Origin: Verrucomicrobiota bacterium
GTDB lineage: Bacteria; Verrucomicrobiota; Verrucomicrobiia; Limisphaerales; Palsa-1400
NCBI GenBank assembly: GCA_049510745.1
Contig: JBEKYR010000012.1
Coordinates: forward strand, 64,001-128,000
Length of the DNA: 64,000 nucleotides
Reading direction: 5' to 3'
In this document: in pieces, positions 38,463-48,393 of the stretch
Numbering within the stretch: the first letter of the stretch is position 1
How the letters are laid out: each line of letters begins with the position of its first letter
Notes under the pieces: generated by a model
The model's database searches: none
What the model was told of the DNA's origin: nothing
Seen by the model: the letters and a program-made list of their open reading frames with translations, nothing else
Program-made: the position numbers and the translations under genes

Positions 38463-39548
38463 TTAGTTGTCAATAATCAGTTGCGGCTGGAGGGTGATGG
38501 GCTTGCCCTCGACGTTGCGCTGGGGCGGCAGACCCAGCAACCGGCGGGCTTCGCCGATGACGTAATCCCATTGCAAAGCCGGGCCGGGGTCCACCTTGTT
38601 GGTCTGGATATGGTAATGGCCCATCACGCCCCGGTACTGTTTCAATTCGGCCGGGGGCAGTTTGTGGGTCATCAGTCTGCCGTCGGCCTCGCGGGGGTAG
38701 TCGCAGTTGATTTGCGGAAAGACGGCGCAGAGGGCGGCGGTCAACCTGGCCAGGGCCTTGTATTGCTGGGGCGTGAAATCGTATTGGCGCTGTTGCTTTC
38801 CCTGCACCTCGCCCACGATCATTTCGCGGCGGGCGGGGCGCCCGGTGAAATGCGGGGTGCGTTCGGGCGAGGGGCCGAATCTTTCGGGGATGGTGATGAC
38901 GGTCCGACCGAGGGCGTCCTTCTTATACCAATCGGCCAGCGGGCTTTTTTCGGCATCGCCGTAGGAACCCATGTTGGCGATTTCGACGCCAATGGAGCGG
39001 CCATTGGAAGTGGTGGCGTGCCGGGCGCGCTCCTTCAAGTCGAGCGTCTGGTAAAGGGTCCCATCCAGGTCGAGCATGAAATGGACGCTCAAATCGCGCA
39101 CGTCCTGGAGGATTTTGAAGCAGGTGCGGGAAGTGCCGGCGACATCGAAGTGCAGGACGAACTGATCGACGTTGGATTGGAGGGTGGGCAGGTCCCAGCC
39201 GCCGCCGCGGACGCGTTCGAGTTGTTCCGGGGTGAGGTTGCCGTCGCGCAGGCCGTAGCGGTTGGGCGAGCGGGGCGGATCGAGGTGAGGCTTGGAGGTT
39301 TCCCAATCCGATTGGTCATAGGGGACGAAGCGGCGTTCGACGCGATAGGCGTCGTAACCCCCCGGGTCCATCCACAGCACCACCGGCGTGCCGGTGTGAA
39401 ACAACTGGCCGGCAACAACAATTTCATCCCCCTTCCTCTTCGCGTGCGCGCCGGGGGAGTGACAGAGGCAGCCGGAAAGAAACAACGGACCCAGCAGAAG
39501 AAGCAGCGGGGCCGCGCAGCGTCTGGAAAGAAGGCCGTTCATCGGCAT
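38463..39548 (-). CDS. N-acetylmuramoyl-L-alanine amidase (Amidase_2), probable lipoprotein
   Basis: FVLHFD, LSVHFMLD.DG..YQ, ARHA, SIGVEIAN, GHYH...KVDPG; LSGC lipobox. Confidence 0.85.
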   Translation of the reverse strand: MPMNGLLSRRCAAPLLLLLGPLFLSGCLCHSPGAHAKRKGDEIVVAGQLFHTGTPVVLWMDPGGYDAYRVERRFVPYDQSDWETSKPHLDPPRSPNRYGLRDGNLTPEQLERVRGGGWDLPTLQSNVDQFVLHFDVAGTSRTCFKILQDVRDLSVHFMLDLDGTLYQTLDLKERARHATTSNGRSIGVEIANMGSYGDAEKSPLADWYKKDALGRTVITIPERFGPSPERTPHFTGRPARREMIVGEVQGKQQRQYDFTPQQYKALARLTAALCAVFPQINCDYPREADGRLMTHKLPPAELKQYRGVMGHYHIQTNKVDPGPALQWDYVIGEARRLLGLPPQRNVEGKPITLQPQLIIDN

Positions 39549-39570
39549 GGCTCGGTGGAGTGGCGGAACT

Positions 39571-39726
39571 TCAGTGGTGGAGGATGGCGATCTTGGTCAC
39601 GCCGAGGACAAAGCCAAGCACGGCAAGAATCAAAAGCCAGAAGGCGCCCTTGACGGCCATCACGACGCCCGCGACCAGGATGGCCGCCATAATCAGGTAA
39701 ACAATCATCGCCAAAAAGATATTCAT
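39571..39726 (-). CDS. 51-aa two-TM small membrane protein (not in ORF track)
   Basis: MNIFLAMIVYLIMAAILVAGVVMAVKGAFWLLILAVLGFVLGVTKIAILHH*; upstream TTGCCT-16-TAAACT. Confidence 0.62.
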   Translation of the reverse strand: MNIFLAMIVYLIMAAILVAGVVMAVKGAFWLLILAVLGFVLGVTKIAILHH

Positions 39727-39780
39727 CAGGCGGTCAGTTTAGCGGAAGGTTTGCGGGAGGCAAGTTTGGAGAACGGCGGG

Positions 39781-40008
39781 TTAACGTTTGCGCGTTCCGT
39801 TTTTCTTCACCGGAAGGTTCTTGACGGCAACGATGTGAAGGGGGTCGAGCCAGGCAATCTCACGATCTTCGTCCAAGACGGCCAAAGCGGACTCACTAAT
39901 CAAGATGCACTCGGGGTGAGTTACCGGGTACTCGCGCCCGTCGGACGTTCTCAGGGAAAACGGCCGGAAACCCGAAGCGAGTCGTTGTCGCAAACGCGCG
40001 ATGTTCAT
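39781..40008 (-). CDS. Small hypothetical protein
   Basis: FRPFSLRTSDGREYPVTHPE motif; TTGACA-17-TAGTTT promoter 6 nt before ATG. Confidence 0.72.
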   Translation of the reverse strand: MNIARLRQRLASGFRPFSLRTSDGREYPVTHPECILISESALAVLDEDREIAWLDPLHIVAVKNLPVKKNGTRKR

Positions 40009-40055
40009 GGGCCAAAACTACGATTTGTTCGCTGGGCTGTCAATCTGCGGCCCCT

Positions 40056-41051
40056 TCACAATTTCCGGGCGAGAAACTCCTCCAGCTTGACGGCGTCGGC
40101 CGCGAAGGTGCGGATGCCCTCGGCCAATTTCTCGGTCGCCATGGCGTTTTCATTGAGCATCCAGCGGAAGGTTTTTTCGTTGACCGCCAGCCGGGCCAGC
40201 CGGGCGTCGCGGCTCGTCTCCGGCGACAATTTGCGCGGGACCGGGTCGGTGCTGTTCTTCATTTCGGCCAGCAATTCCGGGCTGATGGTGAGCAGGTCGC
40301 ATCCGGCCAATTCGAGGGCTTCACCCTTGCTGCGGAAGCTGGCGCCCATGACTTCGGTGGGATGACCAAAGGTTTTGTAATAGGCGTAAATCTCCCGGAC
40401 CGACTGGACGCCCGGGTCTTCGGCGGGGGCGTATTCCCGCTTGTTGGTTTTTTTGTACCAGTCAAGAATGCGTCCGACAAACGGGGAAATCAATTTCGCG
40501 CCCGCCTCGGCGGCGCCGACGGCCTGGGCCATGGAAAAGAGCAGGGTCATGTTGCAGTTGATGCCTTCCTTTTGCAGGATGCGGGCGGCCTGGATGCCCT
40601 CCCAGGTGGTGGCCAGCTTGATCAACACCCGTTCGCGGGGCACGCCGGCCTTGGCGTAACGCTCGATGAAGAGCCGCCCTTCGGCCACCAGCGCTTCGGT
40701 GTCAAACGCAATTTTGGCGCTGGTTTCCGTCGAGACGCGGCCGGGGACGATTTTCAGAATCTCCAGGCCGAACAACACCAGCAGCGTCCGCATGACATCG
40801 TCCGGGGATTGCGCGCTCTTTTTGCCGTCCTGCGCGGCCTTGGCGACCAGCGCCTGGTATTCGGGTTTTTGGGCGGCCTTGAGGATCAAGGTGGGATTGG
40901 TCGTGGCGTCCTCGGGGGCGTATTGCTTCAGAAGCGCGAAGTCGCCGGTGTCGGCGACGACGCGGGTGAATTTTTTCAGTTGCTCGAGTTGGTTCAGGCC
41001 GGGGCGGGACGGAACGGTTTGACTTTTTTCGGGTGTAACGCTGGCATTCAT
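40056..41051 (-). CDS. tal: Transaldolase
   Basis: [53 protein letters not shown]. Confidence 0.96.
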   Translation of the reverse strand: MNASVTPEKSQTVPSRPGLNQLEQLKKFTRVVADTGDFALLKQYAPEDATTNPTLILKAAQKPEYQALVAKAAQDGKKSAQSPDDVMRTLLVLFGLEILKIVPGRVSTETSAKIAFDTEALVAEGRLFIERYAKAGVPRERVLIKLATTWEGIQAARILQKEGINCNMTLLFSMAQAVGAAEAGAKLISPFVGRILDWYKKTNKREYAPAEDPGVQSVREIYAYYKTFGHPTEVMGASFRSKGEALELAGCDLLTISPELLAEMKNSTDPVPRKLSPETSRDARLARLAVNEKTFRWMLNENAMATEKLAEGIRTFAADAVKLEEFLARKL

Positions 41052-41177
41052 AAGCGGTCTCTGGGAATTAAGTTGGCGCATCGGGGGCGCGGACGCAACG
41101 GCAAAGAGGGCGCAAAAGGGTGTCGCGCAAAAGGGTTGAAATCGGGGCGGAGATCGTGTTAGCCTGCTTGAAATCTT

Positions 41178-41726
41178 ATGAATCCGTTGATGATCACGGC
41201 TGGCCTTGTGAGCTTCGGATGCGCGCTGTCGGTCGCGCCAATTGCCCTGGGCCGGTCCCTGCCGAAACTGACCGTCTCCAGCGCGGCCTTTGCCGAGGGC
41301 GCGCCTATTCCGGTGAAGTACACCTGCCAGGGGGACGATATTTCGCCCCCGCTGCAATGGGCGGGCGCGCCCGCGGCGACAAAGAGCTTCGCCTTGATTT
41401 GCGACGATCCGGACGCCCCCGTGGGGACATGGGTCCATTGGGTGCTTTACAATTTGCCGCCCACCGCCGCCGCGCTGTCCGAGAAGACGCCCAAATCCAA
41501 GGTTCTCGCCAATGGCGCGGCGCAGGGATTGAACAGTTCCGGGCAGACCGGCTACCAGGGGCCATGTCCGCCGGGAGGCAAGGCGCATCGCTATTTTTTC
41601 AAGTTGTATGCGTTGGACGCGACGGTGTCACTGGAAGGCCGCGTGACGAAGGAAGAATTGCTCAAGGCGATGGAAGGCCACATTCTGGGCATCGGCCAGA
41701 TCATGGGCACCTATCAGCGGCAGTAA
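41178..41726 (+). CDS. YbhB/YbcL family PEBP (Raf kinase inhibitor-like) protein
   Basis: [37 protein letters not shown]. Confidence 0.93.
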   Translation: MNPLMITAGLVSFGCALSVAPIALGRSLPKLTVSSAAFAEGAPIPVKYTCQGDDISPPLQWAGAPAATKSFALICDDPDAPVGTWVHWVLYNLPPTAAALSEKTPKSKVLANGAAQGLNSSGQTGYQGPCPPGGKAHRYFFKLYALDATVSLEGRVTKEELLKAMEGHILGIGQIMGTYQRQ

Positions 41727-41736
41727 AAAGAATCCT

Positions 41737-42528
41737 TTAGAAACTCTTAACGAAGTACTTATTGGTGCTGTTATTGTTCAGCCCAAGCCGCAAGTCGATC
41801 CGTTTGAACGGGCCGAAAGACCAGACGACGGCGTGACCGGGCGGGTTCAGGCCGGTGCTGCCGCTGAATTGATTCATGTACATCTGGTTCAGATAAGGAT
41901 CGAAAGCGTGGTCGTTGTAGTTTAAGTCAATCGTCACCATATAGGGCAAGCCCCAGGGATCGCGCCACACCTCGTCAGATCCAAGTCCGGGAGGGCCGGG
42001 AGCGGCCCCTGAGGTGGCTGGAGCGGTGGCCGCCTTTGGCTGGAAGAACGGCGTTTGCCGCGAATTGTAAATATGGCCGGAATTGTTGGTGAACTCAGGC
42101 CAAAAGTTATCATCCCCCAGAATCGCCATCAATTCCGAATTGTTATTCTGCCAGGTGGCGGCGGATTCACCGAGGGTCGTGATCGAAAATGCGGCGCCGG
42201 TGGCCGGGTTGATCGGCATTCCAGATAAGGCGCCTGCGGAGCCATTGGCCGAGCCGAAAGTGAAATCGTTGGTGGTCCCCGCGACCGCAGCCACGGCATT
42301 GGACGAGGCGGGAAGCCGGCTATAAGTGGCGTAATACTGCTCGATGGCGCCCACCAAAAGGCTTTCCTCCGATTGTGCCATCTTCATTTGCGTGTTGATT
42401 CTGACCCGGCCATAGGTGGGCACGAGCAGGGCGGCCAAAATTCCGATGATGGCGATGACAACCAGCAGTTCAACGAGAGTAAACGCCGCCCGAAGCGGCC
42501 CGGCGGCGGGAAATGGCCTCTGGCACAT
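41737..42528 (-). CDS. Prepilin-type N-terminal cleavage/methylation domain protein
   Basis: A|FTLVELLVVIAIIGILAALLVP; DPWGLPY. Confidence 0.88.
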   Translation of the reverse strand: MCQRPFPAAGPLRAAFTLVELLVVIAIIGILAALLVPTYGRVRINTQMKMAQSEESLLVGAIEQYYATYSRLPASSNAVAAVAGTTNDFTFGSANGSAGALSGMPINPATGAAFSITTLGESAATWQNNNSELMAILGDDNFWPEFTNNSGHIYNSRQTPFFQPKAATAPATSGAAPGPPGLGSDEVWRDPWGLPYMVTIDLNYNDHAFDPYLNQMYMNQFSGSTGLNPPGHAVVWSFGPFKRIDLRLGLNNNSTNKYFVKSF

Positions 42529-42537
42529 AACCCTCCT

Positions 42538-43278
42538 CTAAAAGCTCGTGACGATGTAGCGGTTGGGGGGTAGCGGCGAGCGCAGGAACTGGTTCGTGGC
42601 GACGGTCTTCTGCGGACCAAACGACCAGACCACTGCCACGCCGGGGACGTTGAGGATATTGGTTCTGTTTCCTCCCGGCGGCGACTGGTACATCTGATTC
42701 AAGGCGACATCAAACACCTTGTTGTCGTAGCCCAAATCGAGCGTCACGATGTACGGCATGCCCCACGGGTCGCGCAAGACTTCGTCCGGCCCGAGACCGG
42801 GAGAATTGGTGTCGAGCGCGGTCTTCGGGTTGAAGAACACCGTCTGTTGCGGGTTGTAAATATGGGCCAGATTGCCGCTCACCTCGGGCCAGACCCTGTC
42901 GTCCCGCAGAATCGCCATGAGTTCGGCGTTATTGGTTTGATACACAGTTTCTCCCGCAGTCATGATGTTGTTCGTGAGACCCAGGCCCGCCGTCCCATAG
43001 GTGAAATCATTCGAATTGGCGGTCGCCTGCAAAGCCGCCGCCACCGCGTTGCTCGAAGCGGGCAGGCGGCTGTAGGTGGCCTGATACTGGTTAATAGCGC
43101 CGACGAGGTTGACCTCCTCGGCTTGACAGAGCTTGCGCTGGGCGTTGACTTTGGCCCTGCCGAGGGCGGGGAGGAGCAGGCCGGCCAAAATTCCGATGAT
43201 GGCGATGACGACCAGCAGTTCGATCAGGGTAAACGCCCGGCCAGACAGGCGGGTTGCGGGAAACGGTCTCTTTAACAT
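42538..43278 (-). CDS. Prepilin-type N-terminal cleavage/methylation domain protein (tandem paralogue)
   Basis: A|FTLIELLVVIAIIGILAGLLLP; DPWGMPY. Confidence 0.88.
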   Translation of the reverse strand: MLKRPFPATRLSGRAFTLIELLVVIAIIGILAGLLLPALGRAKVNAQRKLCQAEEVNLVGAINQYQATYSRLPASSNAVAAALQATANSNDFTYGTAGLGLTNNIMTAGETVYQTNNAELMAILRDDRVWPEVSGNLAHIYNPQQTVFFNPKTALDTNSPGLGPDEVLRDPWGMPYIVTLDLGYDNKVFDVALNQMYQSPPGGNRTNILNVPGVAVVWSFGPQKTVATNQFLRSPLPPNRYIVTSF

Positions 43279-43335
43279 AGCTTTGCCTTATTCTAATGGT
43301 TCAACACTTAATGTCAACATTGCCTCCTTGCGGGA

Positions 43336-43410
43336 TGGTGCGCGATGCAGGGATTGAACCTGCGACCCCCACCGTGTCAAGGTGATGCTCTACCACTGAG
43401 CTAACCGCGC
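43336..43410 (-). tRNA. tRNA-Val (GAC)
   Basis: GCGCGGTTAGCTCAGTGGTAGAGCATCACCTTGACACGGTGGGGGTCGCAGGTTCAATCCCTGCATCGCGCACCA: cloverleaf, anticodon GAC, encoded CCA. Confidence 0.95.
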
Positions 43411-43427
43411 CCTCCACCTGTCCAAAC

Positions 43428-44483
43428 CTAGACGCAACCACCCCCGATGGCAAGCGGAGAATGGACGGATTTGAGGCGCTCGATGGCCCAGCGGGCGTGC
43501 CCGGCCACAAGGGGTTCGGGGTCGAGCGCGGCCCGTTCCAGCGCCGGCAAGGCCCGGCCGTCCCGGCTGTTTCCCAGGGCGACGCAGACGTTGCGCAGGA
43601 AGCCGCGGCGTTTGGCCCGCAGCATGGGAGTGCCCGCGAAGCGCTTTTGGAAGGCGGCGTCGTCCAGCGCCAGCAGAGGGATCAGATCGGGCGCCGCCAG
43701 GTCGGAACGGTAATGGGGGCGCATGAGGGAGCCTTCGCGGGCGAAACGGTTCCAGGGGCAGGCGGCCAGGCAGTCGTCGCAGCCGTAAATCCGGTTGCCG
43801 ATGGCGGGACGCAATTCCTCCGGAATCGCCCCTTTCAATTCAATGGTCAAATAAGAGATGCAGCGGCGGGCGTCGAGCTGGAACGGAGCGGTGATGGCGG
43901 CCGTCGGGCAGGCGTCGATGCAGCGGCGGCACGAGCCGCAGTGGTTTTTTTCGGGCGGGTCCGGTTCCAATTCCAGGGTGGTGATGATTTCGGAGAGAAA
44001 AATCCAGTTGCCGAGCTTGCGGCTGATGAGATTGGTGTGTTTGCCGATGAACCCCAGGCCCGCCCGTTCCGCCAGATCCCGCTCGAGCAACGGACCGGTA
44101 TCGACGTAGCACAAGGAGCGGACGCCGCTGCCGAGGGAATTGAGGAATCCGGCCAGGTTTCGGAGGCGTTCGCCCAGCACGTGGTGATAATCGGCAAACC
44201 GGGCGTAGCGGGCGATTAAGCCGGCGCCCGGCGCCGGGACCGGACCGGAAGCGGACGGCGGTGTGTAGCTGACAGCCAGGGTGAGGATGGATTTGGCGGC
44301 GGCCAGGACTTGGGCCGGGTCGATGCGTTTGCGGGCGTTGCGTTCGAGGTAGGCCATCTGGCCGTGGCAACCAGCGGCGAGCCAGCGTTGGAATTGGGCG
44401 GCGTGGGCGGGCGGCTGCGCCGAGGTGAAACGGCAGTCGTCAAAGCCCAACTGGCGGGCGCGTTGCCGGATGGCGGTCTTCAC
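43428..44483 (-). CDS. queG: Epoxyqueuosine reductase
   Basis: DYH, VDTGPLLER, CGSCRRCIDACPT, CISYLTIE, YGCDDCLAACPWN. Confidence 0.95.
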   Translation of the reverse strand: MKTAIRQRARQLGFDDCRFTSAQPPAHAAQFQRWLAAGCHGQMAYLERNARKRIDPAQVLAAAKSILTLAVSYTPPSASGPVPAPGAGLIARYARFADYHHVLGERLRNLAGFLNSLGSGVRSLCYVDTGPLLERDLAERAGLGFIGKHTNLISRKLGNWIFLSEIITTLELEPDPPEKNHCGSCRRCIDACPTAAITAPFQLDARRCISYLTIELKGAIPEELRPAIGNRIYGCDDCLAACPWNRFAREGSLMRPHYRSDLAAPDLIPLLALDDAAFQKRFAGTPMLRAKRRGFLRNVCVALGNSRDGRALPALERAALDPEPLVAGHARWAIERLKSVHSPLAIGGGCV

Positions 44484-44953
44484 TGCTCAAAGAACTGCCC
44501 AAGAATGAATTTAACCGCATAGAGCGCAGAGATCACAAAGATGAGAAAGGGCGCCGAATGAGACCGATTATCGCGGACTGCCCGAGAAAGCGCGAATTTG
44601 CGGATTTCAAATTTGTAGGAACCGAAATTGATGAGCAGGCCGTGTTCGAGGCGCGCCGACTTAAGATATCCCATAACTTGGGCGATGTGTTCGGGCGCGA
44701 TTGCTCTTGCGGTTTTCAGTTCGATCACAAGGCAGCTCTCAATCAACAAATCCGCGGAATAATCGCCGACGAGTGTTCCATCCTCGTCGAAAACCGGGAG
44801 AGGATGTTGCTGTTTGACCTCAAGTCCTGCCTTTCGCAGTCGATGAGCGAGGGCGTTTTCATAGACTTTTTCCAGATGACCGTGTCCATGATAAACATGA
44901 ATGTCGTACGCTGTCTGCCGAACTTGGTCGCACAGTGCCTGAATGTCTCTCAT
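44480..44953 (-). CDS. GxxExxY protein (PD-(D/E)XK nuclease-like)
   Basis: GHLEKVYENAL...ADLLIE...ELK...QVMGYLK...GLLINFG. Confidence 0.9.
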   Translation of the reverse strand: MRDIQALCDQVRQTAYDIHVYHGHGHLEKVYENALAHRLRKAGLEVKQQHPLPVFDEDGTLVGDYSADLLIESCLVIELKTARAIAPEHIAQVMGYLKSARLEHGLLINFGSYKFEIRKFALSRAVRDNRSHSAPFLIFVISALYAVKFILGQFFEQ

Positions 44954-44998
44954 AATCTGCCTTTCTCATTTGCGTTCTTTGAGTTCTTTGCGGTTAAA
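44510..44998. repeat. ~40-bp imperfect inverted repeats enclosing the GxxExxY gene
   Basis: Left 44510-44550 TTTAACCGCATAGAGCGCAGAGATCACAAAGATGAGAAAGG; reverse complement of right 44960-44998 TTTAACCGCAAAGAACTCAAAGAACGCAAATGAGAAAGG. Confidence 0.78.
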
Positions 44999-45008
44999 CT
45001 CTCTGCGG

Positions 45009-45590
45009 CTAAATCGCTTTTCCCTTGCGGGCGAGGTGGAATTGGTGGAGGACTTGCTGGACGACTTCCTTGGGGGAACGTTGATCGGTCAGGATCATGA
45101 CGTCGGCCTGGCGATAGGCCGGTTTGCGCTGTTCGAGCAATTCGCGAATCCGGACCAGGGGATCGGGCGTCTGGACGAGGAGCGGGCGATGGGTTTGCGC
45201 GCGCACCCGCTCCCAAATGGTTTCCGGCGAGGCCCACAAACAGACGACCAGCGCGTGCGTTTTCAGGCTGGCCAGGTTGTCGGGATTGACGATCAGGCCG
45301 CCGCCGGTGGCAATGACCGTGTTGCGGCGGGTGGTCAGACCCTGCACCACGTTCCGTTCCAGGGCGCGAAATTCCTCTTCACCATGCTGGGTGAAAATGT
45401 CGCTGATGGACTTTCCGGTCTGGCTTTCGATCAATTCGTCGGTGTCGATGAAAGCGAATTGGAGATGCTCGCAGGCGAGTCGGGCGACGGAAGACTTGCC
45501 CGTGCCCATGAATCCGACAAGGGCGAGGTTATGGATGGCGCGAGGATGAGACGCATTCAAGGGTCTTATGTTTGAACCAAAGCCGGCCAT
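45009..45590 (-). CDS. aroK: Shikimate kinase
   Basis: LVGFMGTGKS, DTD, GEEEFRALE, ATGGG, RPLL. Start uncertain. Confidence 0.93.
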   Translation of the reverse strand: MAGFGSNIRPLNASHPRAIHNLALVGFMGTGKSSVARLACEHLQFAFIDTDELIESQTGKSISDIFTQHGEEEFRALERNVVQGLTTRRNTVIATGGGLIVNPDNLASLKTHALVVCLWASPETIWERVRAQTHRPLLVQTPDPLVRIRELLEQRKPAYRQADVMILTDQRSPKEVVQQVLHQFHLARKGKAI

Positions 45591-45624
45591 TTGCAAGCCC
45601 GCAGCGGGCGTCAATCACCCCAAT

Positions 45625-46005
45625 TTACGGGGGAAGAGCGAAGGCGGTTCGATGTCTGGCGGACGCATCCAAGGTAGCCCAGAGCATGCCGTGCCTTTCC
45701 GCCAAACTGGCCAGATAGAAATCTGTCGTTTTCCCGCTGACAGGGGCGGGTTCGCTGTCGAGCGCCGCCAAGTCGCAAGGAATGCTTTTGGGCCGCAGCT
45801 TTTTGTGCCAGTCTGCAAGCATTTCCCGGGCTTGCTCCATCGAAGCGCCGAAAGCCGGCTGCGTTGATATGCGCAGGAAGCCAAGCTCGACAATGGGGCA
45901 AACCGCCACCGATTTCCCGGTCTGCCACCGTATCACGCGGGAATGGTGCTCGTGGTTGTCCCAAAGCCACGCCAACAGAACGGAGACGTCGAGCAGAAAC
46001 GTCAT
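45625..46005 (-). CDS. PIN-domain VapC toxin
   Basis: FLLDVSVLLA...ELGFLRI...TTDFYLASLA...ATLD. Confidence 0.85.
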   Translation of the reverse strand: MTFLLDVSVLLAWLWDNHEHHSRVIRWQTGKSVAVCPIVELGFLRISTQPAFGASMEQAREMLADWHKKLRPKSIPCDLAALDSEPAPVSGKTTDFYLASLAERHGMLWATLDASARHRTAFALPP

Positions 46006-46229
46006 GGGAATTGATCCATGAGCGCTCGGGTTTGCGCCATTGTAATTCGCCGTCCATTGGTTGCCAAAAGAAGCCCCTGTTTGCGCTTGAGAGTGACTTT
46101 CCGCGGGGCCTTCTCCAGCCGTGTCAAGACGAACTGGCCTGCGTCCGTTTTTTCGACAGCAAAGGCATCACCCGGGTGGGCGGGTTCGGGGAGTGTCACC
46201 CGGCGTCTGGAATCGGCGACAATAATCAT
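46002..46229 (-). CDS. AbrB-like antitoxin
   Basis: DSRRRVTLP...PGD; stop overlaps the toxin ATG; TTGCCA-17-TATACC 6 nt before ATG. Confidence 0.7.
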   Translation of the reverse strand: MIIVADSRRRVTLPEPAHPGDAFAVEKTDAGQFVLTRLEKAPRKVTLKRKQGLLLATNGRRITMAQTRALMDQFP

Positions 46230-46280
46230 GGAGTGGGTATAACCCACATTGGGACATTTGGCAAGTTGGAGCCGACGCCT

Positions 46281-47759
46281 TTATTCCGCCAAGGGCGGCT
46301 TGGCTTTGTGCCAGGGGGTGCTTTGTTCGTAGGCGTGCGCCAGTTTGAGCAGCGTTTCTTCGCCGAAAGGCTTGCCCAGCAGTTGCAGGCCAATGGGAAG
46401 TTTGGGACTGGCGGTAAAGCCGCAGGGCAGACTCAGGCCGCAGATGCCGGCCAGATTGCAGGAGATGGTGAAAATGTCCGAGAGATACATCTGCAGCGGG
46501 TCGCCGGCTTTTTCGCCCACCTTAAAGGCGGCGGTCGGCGAGGTCGGCGTGATAATGGCATCGACTTTCCCGAAGGCGTCGAGGAAATCGCGCCGAATCA
46601 AGGTGCGGACTTTCTGGGCGCGCAAATAGTAGGCGTCGTAGTAACCGCTGCTCAGGACGTAAGCCCCAAGGATGATGCGGCGTTTGACCTCCGCCCCGAA
46701 CCCGGCCCCGCGCGTTTTGCAGTAAAGATCAATGGGATCGCCGCCCTCCACGCGCAGGCCGTAACGGATGCCGTCAAAGCGGGCGAGGTTGGCGCTGGCC
46801 TCGGCGGTGGCGATGATGTAATAGGCCGCCACGGCAAAGTCGGTGTGCGGCAGGGAAATTTCCACGATCTCCGCCCCCAGTTTTTCATATTGACGGACGG
46901 CGGATTGGACGGCCGCGCCGACGGCCGGGTCCAGGCCGCCGATCATGTACTCTTTGGCCAGGCCCAGTTTCAGGCCCTTGATCCGGCCGTCGAGCGCGGC
47001 GGCATAATCGGGCACGGGCGAGGGCACGCACGTCGAGTCGCGCGGGTCCGGGCCGCTGATGGCGCCGAGGACGAGGGCGGCGTCGCGCACGTCTTTGGCG
47101 AGGGGGCCGATTTGGTCAAGCGACGAGGCGAAGGCCACCAGGCCGTAGCGCGAAACGCGCCCGTAAGTGGGCTTCAAACCGACGCAGCCGCACAGGGCGG
47201 CGGGTTGGCGAATGGAACCGCCGGTGTCGCTGCCCAGCGCGGCGATGCACTCGTCGGCGGCGACGGCGGCGGCGGAACCGCCGGAGGAACCGCCCGGAAT
47301 GCGGCCGGTGTCCCACGGATTGTGAGTGACGCCGAAAGCGGAGTTTTCCGTCGAACTGCCCATGGCGAATTCGTCCATGTTCAGGCGGCCAAAGACAATC
47401 GCGCCAGCCTGGCGCAGTTTATCAATGACGGTGGCGCTGTAGGGGGAGATGAATTGGCCGAGGATTTTGGAGCCGCAATTGAGGGGTTGCCCGCGCACGG
47501 CCAGGACATCCTTGATGCCGATGGGAATGCCGAGCAGCGGTTTGCCGGTTGTTCCGCCCGCCAGCTCGCGGTCGGCGGCGTCGGCCTGCTCTAGGGCGTC
47601 GGCGGCATCATAGCTGATAAAGGCATGGACTTGGCCCTCGACGCGCTCGATCCGGTCCAGGCAGGCCTGCATGACTTGGCGGGCGGAAACCTCGCGGCGG
47701 CCGAGTTTGGCGGCCAATTCCCAAGTGGTCAGTTGGTTGAGCATGGCGGTGACGGTCAT
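46281..47759 (-). CDS. gatA: Asp/Glu-tRNA amidotransferase subunit A
   Basis: [38 protein letters not shown]. Confidence 0.96.
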   Translation of the reverse strand: MTVTAMLNQLTTWELAAKLGRREVSARQVMQACLDRIERVEGQVHAFISYDAADALEQADAADRELAGGTTGKPLLGIPIGIKDVLAVRGQPLNCGSKILGQFISPYSATVIDKLRQAGAIVFGRLNMDEFAMGSSTENSAFGVTHNPWDTGRIPGGSSGGSAAAVAADECIAALGSDTGGSIRQPAALCGCVGLKPTYGRVSRYGLVAFASSLDQIGPLAKDVRDAALVLGAISGPDPRDSTCVPSPVPDYAAALDGRIKGLKLGLAKEYMIGGLDPAVGAAVQSAVRQYEKLGAEIVEISLPHTDFAVAAYYIIATAEASANLARFDGIRYGLRVEGGDPIDLYCKTRGAGFGAEVKRRIILGAYVLSSGYYDAYYLRAQKVRTLIRRDFLDAFGKVDAIITPTSPTAAFKVGEKAGDPLQMYLSDIFTISCNLAGICGLSLPCGFTASPKLPIGLQLLGKPFGEETLLKLAHAYEQSTPWHKAKPPLAE

Positions 47760-48040
47760 TCCACTATCTTGGGAACGAGGAACAACCCGTTGGCCGTGGC
47801 GGGGGCGTTGCGCAGCGCCTCGGCCTGCGGCAGGGAGGGGCGGATCTCGTCGTGCCGAAAGACGTTGAGGAGCGGGACGGCGTGGGCGGTCGGCTCGATT
47901 TGGCTGACGTCGAGTTGGTTGAGCTTTTCGATGTAGCCGAGGATGTTGGAGAGTTGGGCGCCGAATTGTTCCTCTTCGGCGGGGGTCAGGGCGATGCGCG
48001 CCAGATGGGCCACGTATTTGACGTCGAAGTTGCCGGGCAT
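47756..48040 (-). CDS. gatC: Asp/Glu-tRNA amidotransferase subunit C
   Basis: [23 protein letters not shown]; coupled to gatA. Confidence 0.94.
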   Translation of the reverse strand: MPGNFDVKYVAHLARIALTPAEEEQFGAQLSNILGYIEKLNQLDVSQIEPTAHAVPLLNVFRHDEIRPSLPQAEALRNAPATANGLFLVPKIVE

Positions 48041-48050
48041 GGGATGAGGA

Positions 48051-48350
48051 TCAGGTTTCGTCGAATTTGCGCTTCAGGAGCGCTTCGATGGCATCGAGGG
48101 CCTGGTGGGAATCGTCGCCTTCGCAGGTGACGACCAATTTGGTTCCCGGGCCGGCGGCCAGCATCATCAAGCCCATGATGCTCTTGCCGTTGACTTGTTC
48201 GCCGCCCCGCTCGACGAGCACACTACAGGCGAACTGGTTGGCGACCTTGACAAACATGGCGGCCGGGCGGGCGTGGATGCCCAGCTTGTTGATCACCACC
48301 AGTTCACGATGGAGAGCTTGTTTGCCGCCGGTCTTTTTCGCACTACTCAT
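48051..48350 (-). CDS. ptsH: HPr phosphocarrier protein
   Basis: GIHARPAA (His15) and NGKSIMGLMML (Ser46). Confidence 0.93.
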   Translation of the reverse strand: MSSAKKTGGKQALHRELVVINKLGIHARPAAMFVKVANQFACSVLVERGGEQVNGKSIMGLMMLAAGPGTKLVVTCEGDDSHQALDAIEALLKRKFDET

Positions 48351-48393
48351 GCCGCGCCATCTTGAAGGGGAAGGGAAGTTTTTGCGATGAAAA

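Noticed and set aside
43336..43410. tRNA-Val as prophage or island attachment site
   Set aside because: No integrase, and I found no convincing duplicate of the tRNA 3' end in the window.
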